Source of the DNA: Escherichia coli
GTDB lineage: Bacteria; Pseudomonadota; Gammaproteobacteria; Enterobacterales; Enterobacteriaceae
Length of the DNA: 64,000 nt
Reading direction: 5' to 3' (one strand)
Assembly (NCBI RefSeq): GCF_003019035.1
Contig: NZ_CP027447.1
This document shows positions 1 to 15,640 of the stretch, in pieces (the stretch's first letter is position 1; every line of letters begins with the position of its first letter). Under the pieces are notes generated by a model. That model was not told the origin of the DNA and searched no databases. It was given only the letters and a program-made list of their open reading frames with translations. Position numbers and translations under genes: made by a program.

Positions 1-336
1 TGGCTGGCGTGGAAAATCGCTACCAGTCCAACAAAGGAAGATGGGCTTCAGACAAAACCAATCAGTTTTTGGGCCAGCTTTGCTTTGCAGTTTGTGAACG
101 TCAAAATCATTTTGTATGGCATTACAGCACTGTCGACGTTTGTCCTGCCGCAAACGCAGGCGCTAAGCTGGATAATTGGCGTCAGCGTTTTGCTGGCGAT
201 GATTGGGACGTTTGGCAATGTGTGCTGGGCGCTGGCGGGGCACCTGTTTCAGCGATTGTTTCGCCAGTATGGTCGCCAGTTAAATATCGTGCTCGCGCTG
301 CTGCTGGTCTATTGCGCGATACGCATTTTCTATTAA
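1..336 (+). CDS. eamB: Cysteine/O-acetylserine exporter EamB (YfiK), C-terminal part; gene starts upstream of the window
   Basis: Frame-1 translation from base 1 reads ...WLAWKIATSPTKEDGLQ...FQRLFRQYGRQLNIVLALLLVYCAIRIFY, matching the recalled EamB C-terminus (LysE/RhtB family); stop at 334-336. Confidence 0.85.
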   Translation, partial: WLAWKIATSPTKEDGLQTKPISFWASFALQFVNVKIILYGITALSTFVLPQTQALSWIIGVSVLLAMIGTFGNVCWALAGHLFQRLFRQYGRQLNIVLALLLVYCAIRIFY

Positions 337-338
337 TG

Positions 339-372
339 AAAAAAGCGGAAGAGGTCGCCCTCTTCCGCTTAG
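339..372. terminator. Bidirectional rho-independent terminator between convergent eamB and grcA
   Basis: Hairpin aagcggaagagg-tcgc-cctcttccgctt flanked by A-run upstream and T/A downstream. Confidence 0.6.
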
Positions 373-390
373 TAACTTGCTACTTAAGCC

Positions 391-774
391 TTACAGGCTT
401 TCAGTAAAGGTACGAGCGATAACGTCGCGCTGCTGTTCCGGAGTCAGAGAGTTAAAGCGAACTGCATAACCGGATACACGGATGGTCAGCTGCGGATATT
501 TTTCCGGATGCTTAACTGCATCTTCCAGAGTTTCACGACGCAGAACGTTTACGTTCAGGTGTTGACCACCTTCAACGCGAACTTCTGGTTTCACTTCTAC
601 TGGAACTTCACGGTACTCAATGTCACCCAGTTTGCTTACTGCAACCACTTCGTCTTCTGCAAAACCTGCTTTCGCAACGATGCAACGCGCTTCGCCTTTT
701 TCGCTGTCCAGCAGCCAGAAAGAGTTCAGCAGATCGTCGTTAGCGGCTTTAGTAATCTGGATACCTGTAATCAT
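391..774 (-). CDS. grcA: Autonomous glycyl radical cofactor GrcA (YfiD)
   Basis: ORF translation contains [22 protein letters not shown]...[29 protein letters not shown]; start trimmed to the MITGIQ Met (127 aa). Confidence 0.93.
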
Positions 775-881
775 GTGATGCCTCCCCGGCAAAATTATTT
801 GATTTGTTCAGCCTGTCGCGGCCAATTGGTAAAACCATTGTTGCTTGAGTGTATATATACTCCTCAAACACCCTTGATTCT

Positions 882-895
882 TTGATTTAAATCAA
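882..895. promoter_or_regulatory. FNR-type binding site (TTGAT-N4-ATCAA) in the grcA upstream region
   Basis: Perfect palindrome ttgatttaaatcaa about 110 bp upstream of the grcA start; grcA is an anaerobically induced gene. Confidence 0.6.
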
Positions 896-1078
896 TAAAA
901 ACCACATATCGAATGTGGTCACAAATGGATTTTATTGTTTTACATCAACTTATGCAGGTGTGAAATTTTACCAATTTACATTTTTTTGCATGTCTTTTTG
1001 TCTATAAAATGAGCATGATTTTGTTCTGTAGAAAGAAGCAGTTAAGCTAGGCGGATTGAAGATTCGCAGGAGAGCGAG

Positions 1079-1768
1079 ATGGCTAACGAATTAACCTGGC
1101 ATGATGTGCTGGCTGAAGAGAAGCAGCAACCCTATTTTCTTAATACCCTACAGACCGTCGCCAGCGAGCGGCAGTCCGGCGTCACTATCTATCCGCCACA
1201 AAAAGATGTCTTTAACGCGTTCCGCTTTACAGAGTTGGGTGACGTTAAAGTGGTGATTCTCGGCCAGGATCCTTATCACGGACCGGGACAGGCGCATGGT
1301 CTGGCATTTTCCGTTCGCCCCGGCATTGCGACACCGCCGTCACTGCTGAATATGTATAAAGAGCTGGAAAATACTATTCCCGGTTTCACCCGCCCTAATC
1401 ATGGTTATCTTGAAAGCTGGGCGCGTCAGGGCGTTCTGCTACTCAATACTGTGTTGACGGTACGCGCAGGTCAGGCGCATTCCCACGCCAGCCTCGGCTG
1501 GGAAACCTTCACCGATAAAGTGATCAGCCTGATTAACCAGCATCGCGAAGGCGTGGTGTTTTTGTTGTGGGGATCGCATGCGCAAAAGAAAGGGGCGATT
1601 ATAGATAAGCAACGCCATCATGTACTGAAAGCACCGCATCCGTCGCCGCTTTCGGCGCATCGTGGATTCTTTGGCTGCAACCATTTTGTGCTGGCAAATC
1701 AGTGGCTGGAACAACGTGGCGAGACGCCGATTGACTGGATGCCAGTATTACCGGCAGAGAGTGAGTAA
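1079..1768 (+). CDS. ung: Uracil-DNA glycosylase
   Basis: 229-aa [23 protein letters not shown]...[18 protein letters not shown]; canonical Ung family sequence. Confidence 0.97.
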   Translation: MANELTWHDVLAEEKQQPYFLNTLQTVASERQSGVTIYPPQKDVFNAFRFTELGDVKVVILGQDPYHGPGQAHGLAFSVRPGIATPPSLLNMYKELENTIPGFTRPNHGYLESWARQGVLLLNTVLTVRAGQAHSHASLGWETFTDKVISLINQHREGVVFLLWGSHAQKKGAIIDKQRHHVLKAPHPSPLSAHRGFFGCNHFVLANQWLEQRGETPIDWMPVLPAESE

Positions 1769-1815
1769 ATTTGCGGGAAAATGCCGGATGGCAGAGTTGC
1801 CACCCGGCTGATTTA

Positions 1816-2853
1816 TCAGGCTTTATTCTGACGCCACCATTCGCCAAGAAGAACGCCGGTTGCAACAGAGATATTTAGCCCGGCAACGTTGCCAGTACCA
1901 TCAATCTTCACGCGCAAATCGTTCGGATCGCGTGCGGCATCCGGTAACCCTTCATATTCCTGACCCAGCACCAGTACCATTTTCGCTGGCAGACTGGTTT
2001 TGAACAGCGGTTTCCCCTGCTCGCTGGAAGTGGTCACTACGGTGTAACCTGCCTGACGGAAATCATCCAGCACGTTAACAATGTTGTCGCCAGTAATCGG
2101 CTGAACGTGCTCTGCGCCGCCTTCTGCGGTACGGATAGCCGCACCCGACTCCAGCAGTGCCGCATCCTGCACCACAACGCCTTTCACGCCGAAGTGCGCG
2201 CAGCTGCGCATCATGCCACCCAGGTTATGCGGGTTAGATTCGTTTTCCAGCGCCAGTACACAATCCTGCGCGCCTGCCTGGCTTACCCACTGCTGCACGG
2301 TTGTACCGTTACGCTTTTTGATCAGGAAGCAAACGCCGCCGTGATGTTCCGTGCCTGACGCTTTTGTCAGTTCCGCTTCATCTACCACATGGTACGCTTT
2401 GCGATTTGCTGCCATCCAGCGCAAGGCTTCTTTAAAACGCGGCGTTACACTCTGGATAAACCAGGCGCGAACAATCGCTTCCGGACGGCTCTGGAACAGT
2501 GCCTGACAGGCGTTTTCTCCGTAGACGCGGGTTTCTTCCGCACGCTGACGACGCAAAACTTCCGGATCAATAAAACTTTTACCACTGATGCCACCGTGAT
2601 CGGCCTTTTCCGGCGTCTCATCACCCGGCGCGCGGGAAACCGTGCGCCACGGCGAATCTTCCCACTTGCGGTCACGGTGCTGACTCTGTTTGTCATCGCG
2701 GGCGGGGCGACGGCCACCGTCAGCACGAGATTTTCCTGGACGCCCGCCCCCTTTCCCGGTACGCGGGTTGTGGGTACGTTTATCAGAATCATCATCACTG
2801 CGGACATACATCACTTTGACCTTGCCGCTTTTACCTTTCATTTCATCGTTCAT
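1816..2853 (-). CDS. yfiF: SpoU/TrmH-family tRNA/rRNA methyltransferase YfiF
   Basis: ORF matches YfiF; start trimmed to internal [14 protein letters not shown] (345 aa); basic Gly/Arg-rich N-terminal region then SpoU methylase domain. Confidence 0.85.
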   Translation of the reverse strand: MNDEMKGKSGKVKVMYVRSDDDSDKRTHNPRTGKGGGRPGKSRADGGRRPARDDKQSQHRDRKWEDSPWRTVSRAPGDETPEKADHGGISGKSFIDPEVLRRQRAEETRVYGENACQALFQSRPEAIVRAWFIQSVTPRFKEALRWMAANRKAYHVVDEAELTKASGTEHHGGVCFLIKKRNGTTVQQWVSQAGAQDCVLALENESNPHNLGGMMRSCAHFGVKGVVVQDAALLESGAAIRTAEGGAEHVQPITGDNIVNVLDDFRQAGYTVVTTSSEQGKPLFKTSLPAKMVLVLGQEYEGLPDAARDPNDLRVKIDGTGNVAGLNISVATGVLLGEWWRQNKA

Positions 2854-3059
2854 GCTTTTCTCCACCAGCGCTGCGCGAAGCGCGCAGATTACCCGAAGTC
2901 CGCGCGGTTCGCCATGATTTCGTTCCAAAGCCTGTGTCTATCATACCCATTGAATAAAACAGATTGTTGTCTGGAACAATGTCCCCGATAATATGTAACA
3001 TATTAGAAACATACCGGCGTCGTTGCCGATAAGTCTCCTTACTCATCCCGAGGTTAGTT

Positions 3060-3479
3060 ATGAATACCGTTTGTACCCATTGTCAGGCCATCAATCGCAT
3101 TCCCGACGATCGGATCGAAGATGCGGCAAAATGCGGACGCTGCGGTCACGACTTGTTTGACGGAGAGGTGATTAATGCGACCGGTGAAACGCTCGACAAA
3201 TTGCTGAAAGATGATCTACCTGTGGTGATCGACTTCTGGGCACCGTGGTGCGGCCCCTGCCGTAATTTCGCGCCAATTTTTGAAGATGTCGCGCAAGAGC
3301 GTAGCGGTAAAGTGCGCTTTGTGAAAGTGAATACCGAAGCTGAACGTGAATTGAGCAGTCGCTTTGGAATTCGTAGTATACCGACGATCATGATTTTCAA
3401 AAACGGTCAGGTTGTCGACATGCTTAATGGCGCAGTACCGAAAGCGCCGTTTGATAGCTGGCTGAACGAATCTCTTTAA
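3060..3479 (+). CDS. trxC: Thioredoxin 2
   Basis: 139 aa; N-terminal Zn-finger CxxC...CxxC followed by the WCGPC thioredoxin active site. Confidence 0.96.
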
Positions 3480-3485
3480 TCTTAC

Positions 3486-3510
3486 CGGGGCGCATCTTGT
3501 GCCCCGTTTT
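3486..3510 (+). terminator. Rho-independent terminator downstream of trxC
   Basis: cggggcgcatcttgtgccccg hairpin followed by ttttct. Confidence 0.6.
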
Positions 3511-3547
3511 CTCCTCTGCGACAATGGCGTTTTTTCGACGCTCTCTT

Positions 3548-4246
3548 ATGACCGAAAACGCTGTTCTCCAGTTACGCGCCGAGCGTATTGCGCGCGCAAC
3601 ACGTCCTTTTCTTGCCCGCGGTAATCGCGTTCGTCGCTGCCAACGCTGTCTTTTGCCAGAGAAATTATGTCTCTGTTCGACAATTACCCCAGCACAAGCA
3701 AAAAGTCGCTTCTGTTTGCTGATGTTCGACACCGAGCCAATGAAGCCCAGTAATACCGGGCGTCTGATTGCTGATATTTTGCCTGATACCGTTGCGTTTC
3801 AATGGTCGCGTACCGAACCCTCGCTAGATTTGCTGGATCTGGTACAAAACCCGGACTATCAGCCAATGGTGGTCTTTCCCGCCTCGTATGCTGATGAGCA
3901 ACGGGAAGTGATCTTCACACCACCTGCCGGTAAGCCTCCGCTATTTATCATGCTCGATGGTACCTGGCCGGAAGCTCGCAAGATGTTTCGTAAAAGTCCG
4001 TATCTGGATAATCTTCCCGTCATTTCCGTCGATCTTTCCCGGCTTTCTGCCTATCGCCTGCGTGAAGCCCAGGCTGAAGGCCAATATTGTACTGCCGAGG
4101 TAGCCATCGCACTGTTAGATATGGTCGGCGATACCGGGGCGGCGGCAGGGTTAGGCGAGCATTTTACCCGCTTTAAAACACGCTATCTGGCAGGAAAAAC
4201 GCAACATCTGGGTAGCATCACAGCAGAACAGTTAGAAAGCGTTTAA
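3548..4246 (+). CDS. yfiP: tRNA-uridine aminocarboxypropyltransferase (DTW domain protein YfiP/TapT)
   Basis: ORF 3497-4246 trimmed to MTENAVLQLRAERIAR (232 aa); CxxC cysteines and a DGTW-type motif (LDGTWPEARKMF). Confidence 0.85.
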   Translation: MTENAVLQLRAERIARATRPFLARGNRVRRCQRCLLPEKLCLCSTITPAQAKSRFCLLMFDTEPMKPSNTGRLIADILPDTVAFQWSRTEPSLDLLDLVQNPDYQPMVVFPASYADEQREVIFTPPAGKPPLFIMLDGTWPEARKMFRKSPYLDNLPVISVDLSRLSAYRLREAQAEGQYCTAEVAIALLDMVGDTGAAAGLGEHFTRFKTRYLAGKTQHLGSITAEQLESV

Positions 4247-4277
4247 AATCATTCGGTCACTTCTGCGGGAGACCGGT

Positions 4278-6938
4278 ATGAGTCAGCGAGGACTGGAAGC
4301 ACTATTGCGACCAAAATCGATTGCGGTAATTGGCGCATCGATGAAACCCAATCGCGCAGGTTACCTGATGATGCGTAACCTGCTGGCGGGAGGCTTTAAC
4401 GGACCGGTACTCCCGGTGACGCCAGCCTGGAAAGCGGTGTTGGGTGTGTTGGCCTGGCCGGATATTGCCAGCTTGCCCTTTACACCCGACCTTGCGGTTT
4501 TATGTACCAATGCCAGCCGTAATCTTGCTCTTCTGGAAGAGCTCGGCGAGAAAGGCTGTAAAACCTGCATTATTCTTTCCGCCCCGGCATCGCAACACGA
4601 AGATCTCCGCGCCTGCGCCCTGCGCCATAACATGCGCCTGCTTGGACCAAACAGTCTGGGGTTACTGGCCCCCTGGCAAGGCCTGAATGCCAGCTTTTCG
4701 CCTGTGCCGATTAAACGCGGCAAGCTGGCGTTTATTTCGCAATCGGCTGCTGTCTCCAACACCATCCTCGACTGGGCGCAACAGCGTGAGATGGGCTTTT
4801 CCTACTTTATTGCGCTCGGCGACAGCCTGGATATCGACGTTGATGAATTGCTCGACTATCTGGCGCGCGACAGTAAAACCAGCGCCATCCTGCTCTATCT
4901 CGAACAGTTAAGCGACGCGCGACGCTTTGTTTCGGCGGCCCGTAGTGCCTCTCGCAATAAACCGATTCTGGTGATTAAAAGCGGACGTAGCCCGGCGGCT
5001 CAACGTCTGTTGAACACCACGGCAGGAATGGATCCAGCGTGGGATGCGGCTATTCAGCGTGCCGGTTTGTTGCGGGTACAGGACACCCACGAACTGTTTT
5101 CGGCGGTGGAAACCCTTAGCCATATGCGCCCGCTGCGTGGTGACCGGTTGATGATTATCAGCAACGGTGCTGCGCCTGCCGCGCTGGCGCTGGATGCCTT
5201 ATGGTCACGCAATGGCAAGCTGGCAACGCTAAGCGAAGAAACCTGCCAGAAACTGCGCGATGCACTGCCAGGACATGTGGCAATCTCTAACCCGCTCGAT
5301 CTGCGCGATGACGCCAGCAGCGAGCATTATGTCAAAACGCTGGACATTCTGCTCCACAGCCAGGATTTTGATGCGCTGATGGTTATTCATTCGCCCAGCG
5401 CCGCTGCTCCCGCAACAGAAAGCGCGCAAGTATTAATTGAAGCGGTAAAGCATCATCCCCGCAGCAAGTATGTTTCTCTGCTGACGAACTGGTGTGGCGA
5501 ACACTCCTCGCAAGAGGCACGACGTTTATTCAGCGAAGCCGGGCTGCCGACCTACCGTACTCCGGAAGGAACCATCACTGCTTTTATGCATATGGTCGAG
5601 TACCGGCGTAATCAGAAGCAACTACGCGAAACGCCGGCGTTGCCCAGCAATCTGACTTCCAATACCGCAGAAGCGCATCTTCTGTTGCAACAGGCGATTG
5701 CCGAAGGGGCTACGTCGCTCGATACCCATGAAGTTCAGCCCATCCTGCAAGCGTATGGTATGAATACTCTCCCTACCTGGATTGCCAGTGATAGCACCGA
5801 AGCGGTACATATTGCCGAACAGATTGGCTATCCGGTGGCACTGAAATTGCGCTCGCCGGATATTCCTCATAAATCGGAAGTTCAGGGCGTCATGCTGTAC
5901 CTGCGTACAGCCAATGAAGTCCAGCAAGCGGCAAACGCTATTTTCGATCGCGTAAAAATGGCCTGGCCGCAGGCGCGGGTCCACGGCCTGTTGGTGCAAA
6001 GTATGGCTAACCGTGCTGGCGCTCAGGAATTGCGGGTTGTGGTTGAGTACGATCCGGTTTTCGGGCCGTTGATCATGCTGGGCGAAGGCGGTGTGGAGTG
6101 GCGTCCTGAAGATCAAGCCGTCGTCGCACTGCCGCCGCTGAACATGAACCTGGCCCGCTATCTGGTTATTCAGGGGATCAAAAGTAAAAAGATTCGTGCA
6201 CGCAGTGCGCTACGCCCCTTGGATGTTGCAGGCTTGAGCCAGCTTCTGGTGCAGGTTTCCAACTTGATTGTCGATTGTCCGGAAATTCAACGTCTGGATA
6301 TTCATCCTTTGCTGGCTTCTGGCAGTGAATTTACCGCGCTGGATGTCACGCTGGATATCGCGCCGTTTGAAGGCGATAACGAGAGCCGGCTGGCAGTGCG
6401 CCCTTATCCGCATCAGCTGGAAGAGTGGGTAGAATTGAAAAACGGTGAACGCTGCTTGTTCCGCCCGATTTTGCCAGAAGATGAGCCACAACTTCAGCAA
6501 TTCATTTCGCGAGTCACCAAAGAAGATCTTTATTACCGCTACTTTAGCGAGATCAACGAATTTACCCATGAAGATTTAGCCAACATGACGCAGATCGACT
6601 ACGATCGGGAAATGGCATTTGTAGCGGTACGACGTCTTGATCAAACGGAAGAGATCCTCGGCGTCACGCGTGCGATCTCCGACCCTGATAACATCGATGC
6701 CGAATTTGCCGTGCTGGTTCGCTCGGATCTCAAAGGGTTAGGCTTAGGTCGACGCTTAATGGAAAAGTTGATTACCTATACGCGAGATCACGGACTGCAA
6801 CGTCTGAATGGTATTACGATGCCAAACAATCGTGGCATGGTGGCGCTGGCCCGCAAGCTCGGGTTTAACGTTGATATCCAGCTCGAAGAGGGGATCGTTG
6901 GGCTTACGCTAAGTCTTGCCCAGCGCGAGGAATCATGA
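4278..6938 (+). CDS. patZ: Protein lysine acetyltransferase PatZ/Pka (YfiQ): CoA-binding/NDP-forming acyl-CoA synthetase-like domain plus C-terminal GNAT
   Basis: 886-aa ORF MSQRGLEALLRPKSIAVIGAS...; C-terminal GNAT region; length and sequence match recalled PatZ. Confidence 0.93.
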   Translation: MSQRGLEALLRPKSIAVIGASMKPNRAGYLMMRNLLAGGFNGPVLPVTPAWKAVLGVLAWPDIASLPFTPDLAVLCTNASRNLALLEELGEKGCKTCIILSAPASQHEDLRACALRHNMRLLGPNSLGLLAPWQGLNASFSPVPIKRGKLAFISQSAAVSNTILDWAQQREMGFSYFIALGDSLDIDVDELLDYLARDSKTSAILLYLEQLSDARRFVSAARSASRNKPILVIKSGRSPAAQRLLNTTAGMDPAWDAAIQRAGLLRVQDTHELFSAVETLSHMRPLRGDRLMIISNGAAPAALALDALWSRNGKLATLSEETCQKLRDALPGHVAISNPLDLRDDASSEHYVKTLDILLHSQDFDALMVIHSPSAAAPATESAQVLIEAVKHHPRSKYVSLLTNWCGEHSSQEARRLFSEAGLPTYRTPEGTITAFMHMVEYRRNQKQLRETPALPSNLTSNTAEAHLLLQQAIAEGATSLDTHEVQPILQAYGMNTLPTWIASDSTEAVHIAEQIGYPVALKLRSPDIPHKSEVQGVMLYLRTANEVQQAANAIFDRVKMAWPQARVHGLLVQSMANRAGAQELRVVVEYDPVFGPLIMLGEGGVEWRPEDQAVVALPPLNMNLARYLVIQGIKSKKIRARSALRPLDVAGLSQLLVQVSNLIVDCPEIQRLDIHPLLASGSEFTALDVTLDIAPFEGDNESRLAVRPYPHQLEEWVELKNGERCLFRPILPEDEPQLQQFISRVTKEDLYYRYFSEINEFTHEDLANMTQIDYDREMAFVAVRRLDQTEEILGVTRAISDPDNIDAEFAVLVRSDLKGLGLGRRLMEKLITYTRDHGLQRLNGITMPNNRGMVALARKLGFNVDIQLEEGIVGLTLSLAQREES

Positions 6939-7051
6939 GTAAGGTACTGGAAATGTTGACCACTTAATCGGGACTGGTGTTATTATTGCCCGCTTATGTC
7001 GTCTGCATTGCACAGAGGACCCTTCAATGAACAGAGAAGAAATGCACTGTG

Positions 7052-8407
7052 ATGTTGTCAAAATTTAAGCGTAATAAACATCAACAACACCTTGCCCAAC
7101 TACCCAAGATTTCTCAATCAGTTGATGATGTCGATTTCTTTTACGCTCCCGCCGACTTCCGGGAGACGTTGCTGGAAAAAATAGCCAGCGCGAAGCAGCG
7201 CATTTGCATTGTTGCCCTGTATCTCGAACAGGATGACGGTGGCAAAGGCATTCTGAACGCGTTGTATGAGGCTAAAAGGCAGCGTCCGGAACTGGATGTG
7301 CGGGTGCTGGTCGACTGGCATCGTGCACAACGTGGACGCATTGGCGCTGCGGCATCTAACACTAACGCTGACTGGTACTGCCGCATGGCGCAGGAAAATC
7401 CGGGCGTAGATGTTCCGGTTTATGGCGTTCCAATCAATACCCGTGAAGCCCTTGGTGTTCTGCACTTTAAAGGCTTTATCATCGACGATAGCGTACTTTA
7501 TAGCGGTGCCAGCCTGAACGATGTTTACCTGCATCAGCACGATAAATATCGCTACGACCGTTATCATCTTATCCGTAACCGTAAGATGTCAGACATTATG
7601 TTTGAATGGGTTACACAGAATATTATGAATGGCCGCGGCGTTAATCGTCTGGATGATGTTAATCGGCCAAAAAGCCCGGAAATCAAGAACGATATTCGTC
7701 TGTTCCGCCAGGAGCTGCGTGATGCCGCTTATCATTTCCAGGGCGATGCCGACAACGATCAGCTTTCCGTAACGCCGTTGGTAGGTCTGGGGAAATCGAG
7801 TCTGTTGAACAAGACCATTTTCCATCTTATGCCTTGTGCCGAGCAGAAACTAACCATCTGCACACCATACTTCAACCTGCCAGCAATCCTTGTGCGCAAT
7901 ATCATCCAGTTACTGCGCGAAGGGAAAAAGGTCGAAATTATTGTTGGTGATAAAACCGCGAATGACTTCTACATTCCGGAAGATGAACCTTTCAAGATAA
8001 TTGGCGCATTGCCTTATCTCTATGAGATCAATCTGCGTCGTTTCCTGAGCCGTTTACAGTATTACGTCAACACTGACCAGTTAGTGGTTCGGTTATGGAA
8101 AGATGACGACAACACCTATCACCTGAAAGGGATGTGGGTTGATGATAAGTGGATGTTGATCACCGGTAATAACCTGAACCCGCGCGCCTGGCGTCTGGAT
8201 CTGGAAAACGCCATTTTGATCCACGATCCGCAACTGGAGCTTGCGCCACAGCGAGAGAAAGAACTGGAGCTGATCCGCGAGCATACCACCATCGTTAAGC
8301 ACTATCGCGATCTGCAAAGTATTGCCGATTATCCGGTGAAGGTTCGTAAACTCATCCGCCGTTTGCGCCGTATCCGCATCGACCGATTAATTAGCCGCAT
8401 CCTGTAA
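7052..8407 (+). CDS. pssA: Phosphatidylserine synthase (CDP-diacylglycerol--serine O-phosphatidyltransferase)
   Basis: ORF begins MMLSKFKRNKHQQHLAQLPK; trimmed to second Met (451 aa); PLD-like HKD motif context (HFKGFIIDD). Confidence 0.93.
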   Translation: MLSKFKRNKHQQHLAQLPKISQSVDDVDFFYAPADFRETLLEKIASAKQRICIVALYLEQDDGGKGILNALYEAKRQRPELDVRVLVDWHRAQRGRIGAAASNTNADWYCRMAQENPGVDVPVYGVPINTREALGVLHFKGFIIDDSVLYSGASLNDVYLHQHDKYRYDRYHLIRNRKMSDIMFEWVTQNIMNGRGVNRLDDVNRPKSPEIKNDIRLFRQELRDAAYHFQGDADNDQLSVTPLVGLGKSSLLNKTIFHLMPCAEQKLTICTPYFNLPAILVRNIIQLLREGKKVEIIVGDKTANDFYIPEDEPFKIIGALPYLYEINLRRFLSRLQYYVNTDQLVVRLWKDDDNTYHLKGMWVDDKWMLITGNNLNPRAWRLDLENAILIHDPQLELAPQREKELELIREHTTIVKHYRDLQSIADYPVKVRKLIRRLRRIRIDRLISRIL

Positions 8408-8411
8408 TCAC

Positions 8412-8440
8412 AACCCCGTCCTGTACGGGGTTTGTTTTGT
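8412..8440 (+). terminator. Rho-independent terminator after pssA
   Basis: ccccgtcctgtacgggg hairpin followed by tttgttttg. Confidence 0.6.
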
Positions 8441-8452
8441 GGAGGCCACGTT

Positions 8453-8776
8453 TTGCGTATTCTTTTTGTCTGTTCGCTATTGTTACTTTCTGGATGCAGC
8501 CATATGGCTAACGATAGCTGGAGCGGGCAGGATAAAGCTCAACACTTTATCGCCTCGGCAATGCTTTCCGCCGCCGGAAATGAATATTCACAGCATCAGG
8601 GGATGAGCCGGGATCGCAGTGCCATGTTTGGATTGATGTTCTCTGTCAGTCTGGGGGCGTCAAAAGAGCTTTGGGATAGCCGCCCTGAGGGGAGCGGCTG
8701 GAGCTGGAAGGATTTGGCCTGGGATGTCGCAGGTGCAAGCACCGGCTATACCGTCTGGCAACTGACCCGTCACTAA
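8453..8776 (+). CDS. yfiM: Lipoprotein YfiM
   Basis: Signal peptide with lipobox LLSGC; ggagg RBS 7 nt before a TTG at 8453 giving [15 protein letters not shown] (107 aa). The ORF track starts at an upstream TTG (8432), so start codon choice is uncertain. Confidence 0.75.
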
Positions 8777-10071
8777 AGACGCATCCCCTTCCCTTTGCGA
8801 TGTAGCATCAAAGAAACCAGAAACGCCACCACGGCCATCAAGGTCACATACCAGAAGAAGGCTGTTTCCATTCCTATTGATTTCAGCGACAACGCTACGT
8901 ACTCCGCCGAACCACCAAATATAGCATTAGCGACCGCATATGACAGACCAACGCCTAATGCGCGAACCTGTGCCGGGAACATCTCAGCCTTCAGTATTCC
9001 ACTGATTGATGTATAAAAACTCACTATCAGCAGGGCACACATCACCAGACCAAAAGCGGCATAAGGCGAGGAAACGTTTTGCAATGCTGAGAGAATAGGA
9101 ACGGTAAAAATGGCTGCCAGCGAACCGAAACATAACATTGAGGTACGGCGACCAATCTTATCCGACAGCGCGCCAATGAGTGGTTGAATAAGCATGAATA
9201 CAAACAATGCGGCAGTCATAATGCCACTCGCCACGTTGGCATGCATTCCCGCAGTATTTACCAGATACTTCTGCATATAAGTGGTGAAGGTATAGAAACA
9301 AAGGGAGCCCGCAGCGGTAAAACCGAGAACCATGATGAATGCACGGCGATTGCGCCATAATCCTTTCAGAGATCCAGCTTCTTTTAAAGCGCGCGTTTCT
9401 TGTTGTGAAGTTTCATCTAACTGACGACGTAACCACAACGCCACAACAGCTAACACAGCTCCTAACGCGAAAGGAATACGCCATCCCCACTCTCTGAGTG
9501 CAGCGTCTTCCATTGTGTGTTGTAAAACCACGACAACCAGTAGAGCTAGCAGTTGCCCGCCGATCAACGTCACATACTGAAATGATGCGTAAAAACCTTT
9601 GCGCCCTTCAACGGCAACTTCACTCATATAGGTGGCGCTGGTGCCATATTCTCCGCCAACGGATAATCCCTGGAATAAACGAGCAAGAAGCAATAATGCC
9701 GGAGCCCAGGTACCGATTGTTTCGTAGCCTGGCAAACAGGCGATAACCAGTGAGCCGAAACACATCATACACACCGATAATAGCATCGATTTTTTGCGAC
9801 CATGTTTATCGGCTATGCGGCCAAATAGCCAACCGCCTATTGGGCGCATCAGAAATCCCGCAGCAAAAACACCTGCTGTTTGTAGTAGTTGAGTCGTCGT
9901 GTTCCCGGAAGGGAAGAAGATGTGGGCAAAGTAGAGTGAACAGAACGAGTAGACATAGAAATCGAACCACTCGACCAGATTACCTGAAGAGGCCCCCACA
10001 ATCGCCCAAATGCGGCGACGAGTATCACTACTTGTCAGTTTGCTGTCTGCCGTTACAGTACTTTCAGCCAT
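8773..10071 (-). CDS. kgtP: Alpha-ketoglutarate:H+ symporter (MFS transporter)
   Basis: 432-aa [46 protein letters not shown]...; MFS sugar-transporter signature; 3' end overlaps yfiM by 4 bp convergently. Confidence 0.95.
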
Positions 10072-10354
10072 GCCATTATGTCTCCTGCCGTAATCCGATG
10101 CTTTTGTCGGTCGCTGTTGTTTATTTTTTTGGTAAAGAAAATGTTATACATTTGTTGCGTATCATTATGCAACCTTAACCATGAATTTAGTTAGCAGGAA
10201 AATGGTTATTGAGGAGCTTAAGGATAAATTTCTGGTAAGGAGGACACGTATGGAAGTAGGCAAGTTGGGGAAACCGTATCCGTTGCTGAATCTGGCATAT
10301 GTGGGAGTATAAGACGCGCAGCATCGCATCAGGCATTTTTTTCTGCACCAATGC

Positions 10355-10380
10355 AAAAAGGCCATCCTGACGGATGGCCT
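10355..10380 (-). terminator. rrn operon terminator downstream of 5S rRNA
   Basis: On the minus strand: ggccatccgtcaggatggcc hairpin followed by ttttt. Confidence 0.7.
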
Positions 10381-10393
10381 TCTGCTTAATTTG

Positions 10394-10513
10394 ATGCCTG
10401 GCAGTTCCCTACTCTCGCATGGGGAGACCCCACACTACCATCGGCGCTACGGCGTTTCACTTCTGAGTTCGGCATGGGGTCAGGTGGGACCACCGCGCTA
10501 AGGCCGCCAGGCA
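10394..10513 (-). rRNA. rrfG: 5S ribosomal RNA
   Basis: Reverse complement of 10394-10513 reads TGCCTGGCGGCC...GGGAACTGCCAGGCAT, a 120-nt E. coli 5S rRNA. Confidence 0.97.
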
Positions 10514-10606
10514 AATTCTGTTTCATCAGACCGCTTCTGCGTTCTGATTTAATCTGTATCAGGCTGAAAATCTTTCTCTCATCCGCCAAAACACCTTCGG
10601 CGTTGT

Positions 10607-13510
<2,904 letters not shown>

Positions 13511-13733
13511 TCACAACCCGAAGATGTTTCACTTCAGAGTTGCGAGAATTTGAGAGACTCACGAACAACTTTCGTTGTTCAGTGTTTCAATTTTCAGCTT
13601 GATCCAGATTTTTAAAGAGCAAATATCTCAAACGTCACCCGAAGATGAGTTTTGAGATATTAAGGCAGGTGACTTTCACTCACAAACCAGCAAGTGGCGT
13701 CCCCTGGGAGGTTTGACCTCATCAGTTAACGCT

Positions 13734-13809
13734 TGGCGTCCCCTAGGGGATTCGAACCCCTGTTACCGCCGTGAAAGGGCGGTGTCCTGGGCCTCTAGAC
13801 GAAGGGGAC
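13734..13809 (-). tRNA. gltW: tRNA-Glu (UUC) in the 16S-23S spacer
   Basis: Reverse complement GTCCCCTTCGTCTAGAGGCCCAGGACACCGCCCTTTCACGGCGGTAACAGGGGTTCGAATCCCCTAGGGGACGCCA, 76 nt. Confidence 0.96.
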
Positions 13810-13894
13810 GTATCAGTCTGCTTCGCAAGACGCCTTGCTTTTCACTTTCTATCAGACAATCTGTGTGAGCACTGCAAAGTACGCTTCTTTAAGG

Positions 13895-15436
<1,542 letters not shown>

Positions 15437-15562
15437 AAAAGTTTGATGCTCAAAGAATTAAACTTCGTAATGAATTACGTGTTCACTCTTGAGACTTGGT
15501 ATTCATTTTTCGTCTTGCGACGTTAAGAATCCGTATCTTCGAGTGCCCACACAGATTGTCTG

Positions 15563-15581
15563 ATAAATTGTTAAAGAGCAG
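15563..15581 (-). promoter_or_regulatory. rrn leader boxA antitermination element
   Basis: Reverse complement TGCTCTTTAACAATTTATC equals the E. coli rrn boxA consensus. Confidence 0.85.
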
Positions 15582-15599
15582 TGCCGCTTCGCTTTTTCT

Positions 15600-15640
15600 C
15601 AGCGGCGCGGGGTGTGCATAATACGCTTTCCCGCTACAGA
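15600..15640 (-). promoter_or_regulatory. rrn P2 promoter
   Basis: Reverse complement contains TTGACT ... TATTAT with appropriate spacing, about 120 bp downstream of P1. Confidence 0.6.

Noticed and set aside
9-407. 132-aa ORF at the window start in a different frame from eamB
   Set aside because: Frame 1 gives the recognisable EamB C-terminus; the alternative frame is an overlapping artefact.
10200-10340. Possible REP/terminator-like GC-rich element between kgtP and the rrn terminator (gacgcgcagcatcgcatcaggca)
   Set aside because: Only a partial resemblance to REP palindromes could be seen by eye; insufficient to call without alignment to REP consensus.
13691-13715. Partial duplicate of the tRNA-Glu 3' acceptor region (tggcgtcccctggg) about 40 bp from the real tRNA in the rrn spacer
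   Set aside because: Too short for a tRNA and located in spacer that is normally processed; most likely a conserved spacer structure, not a pseudo-tRNA worth calling.
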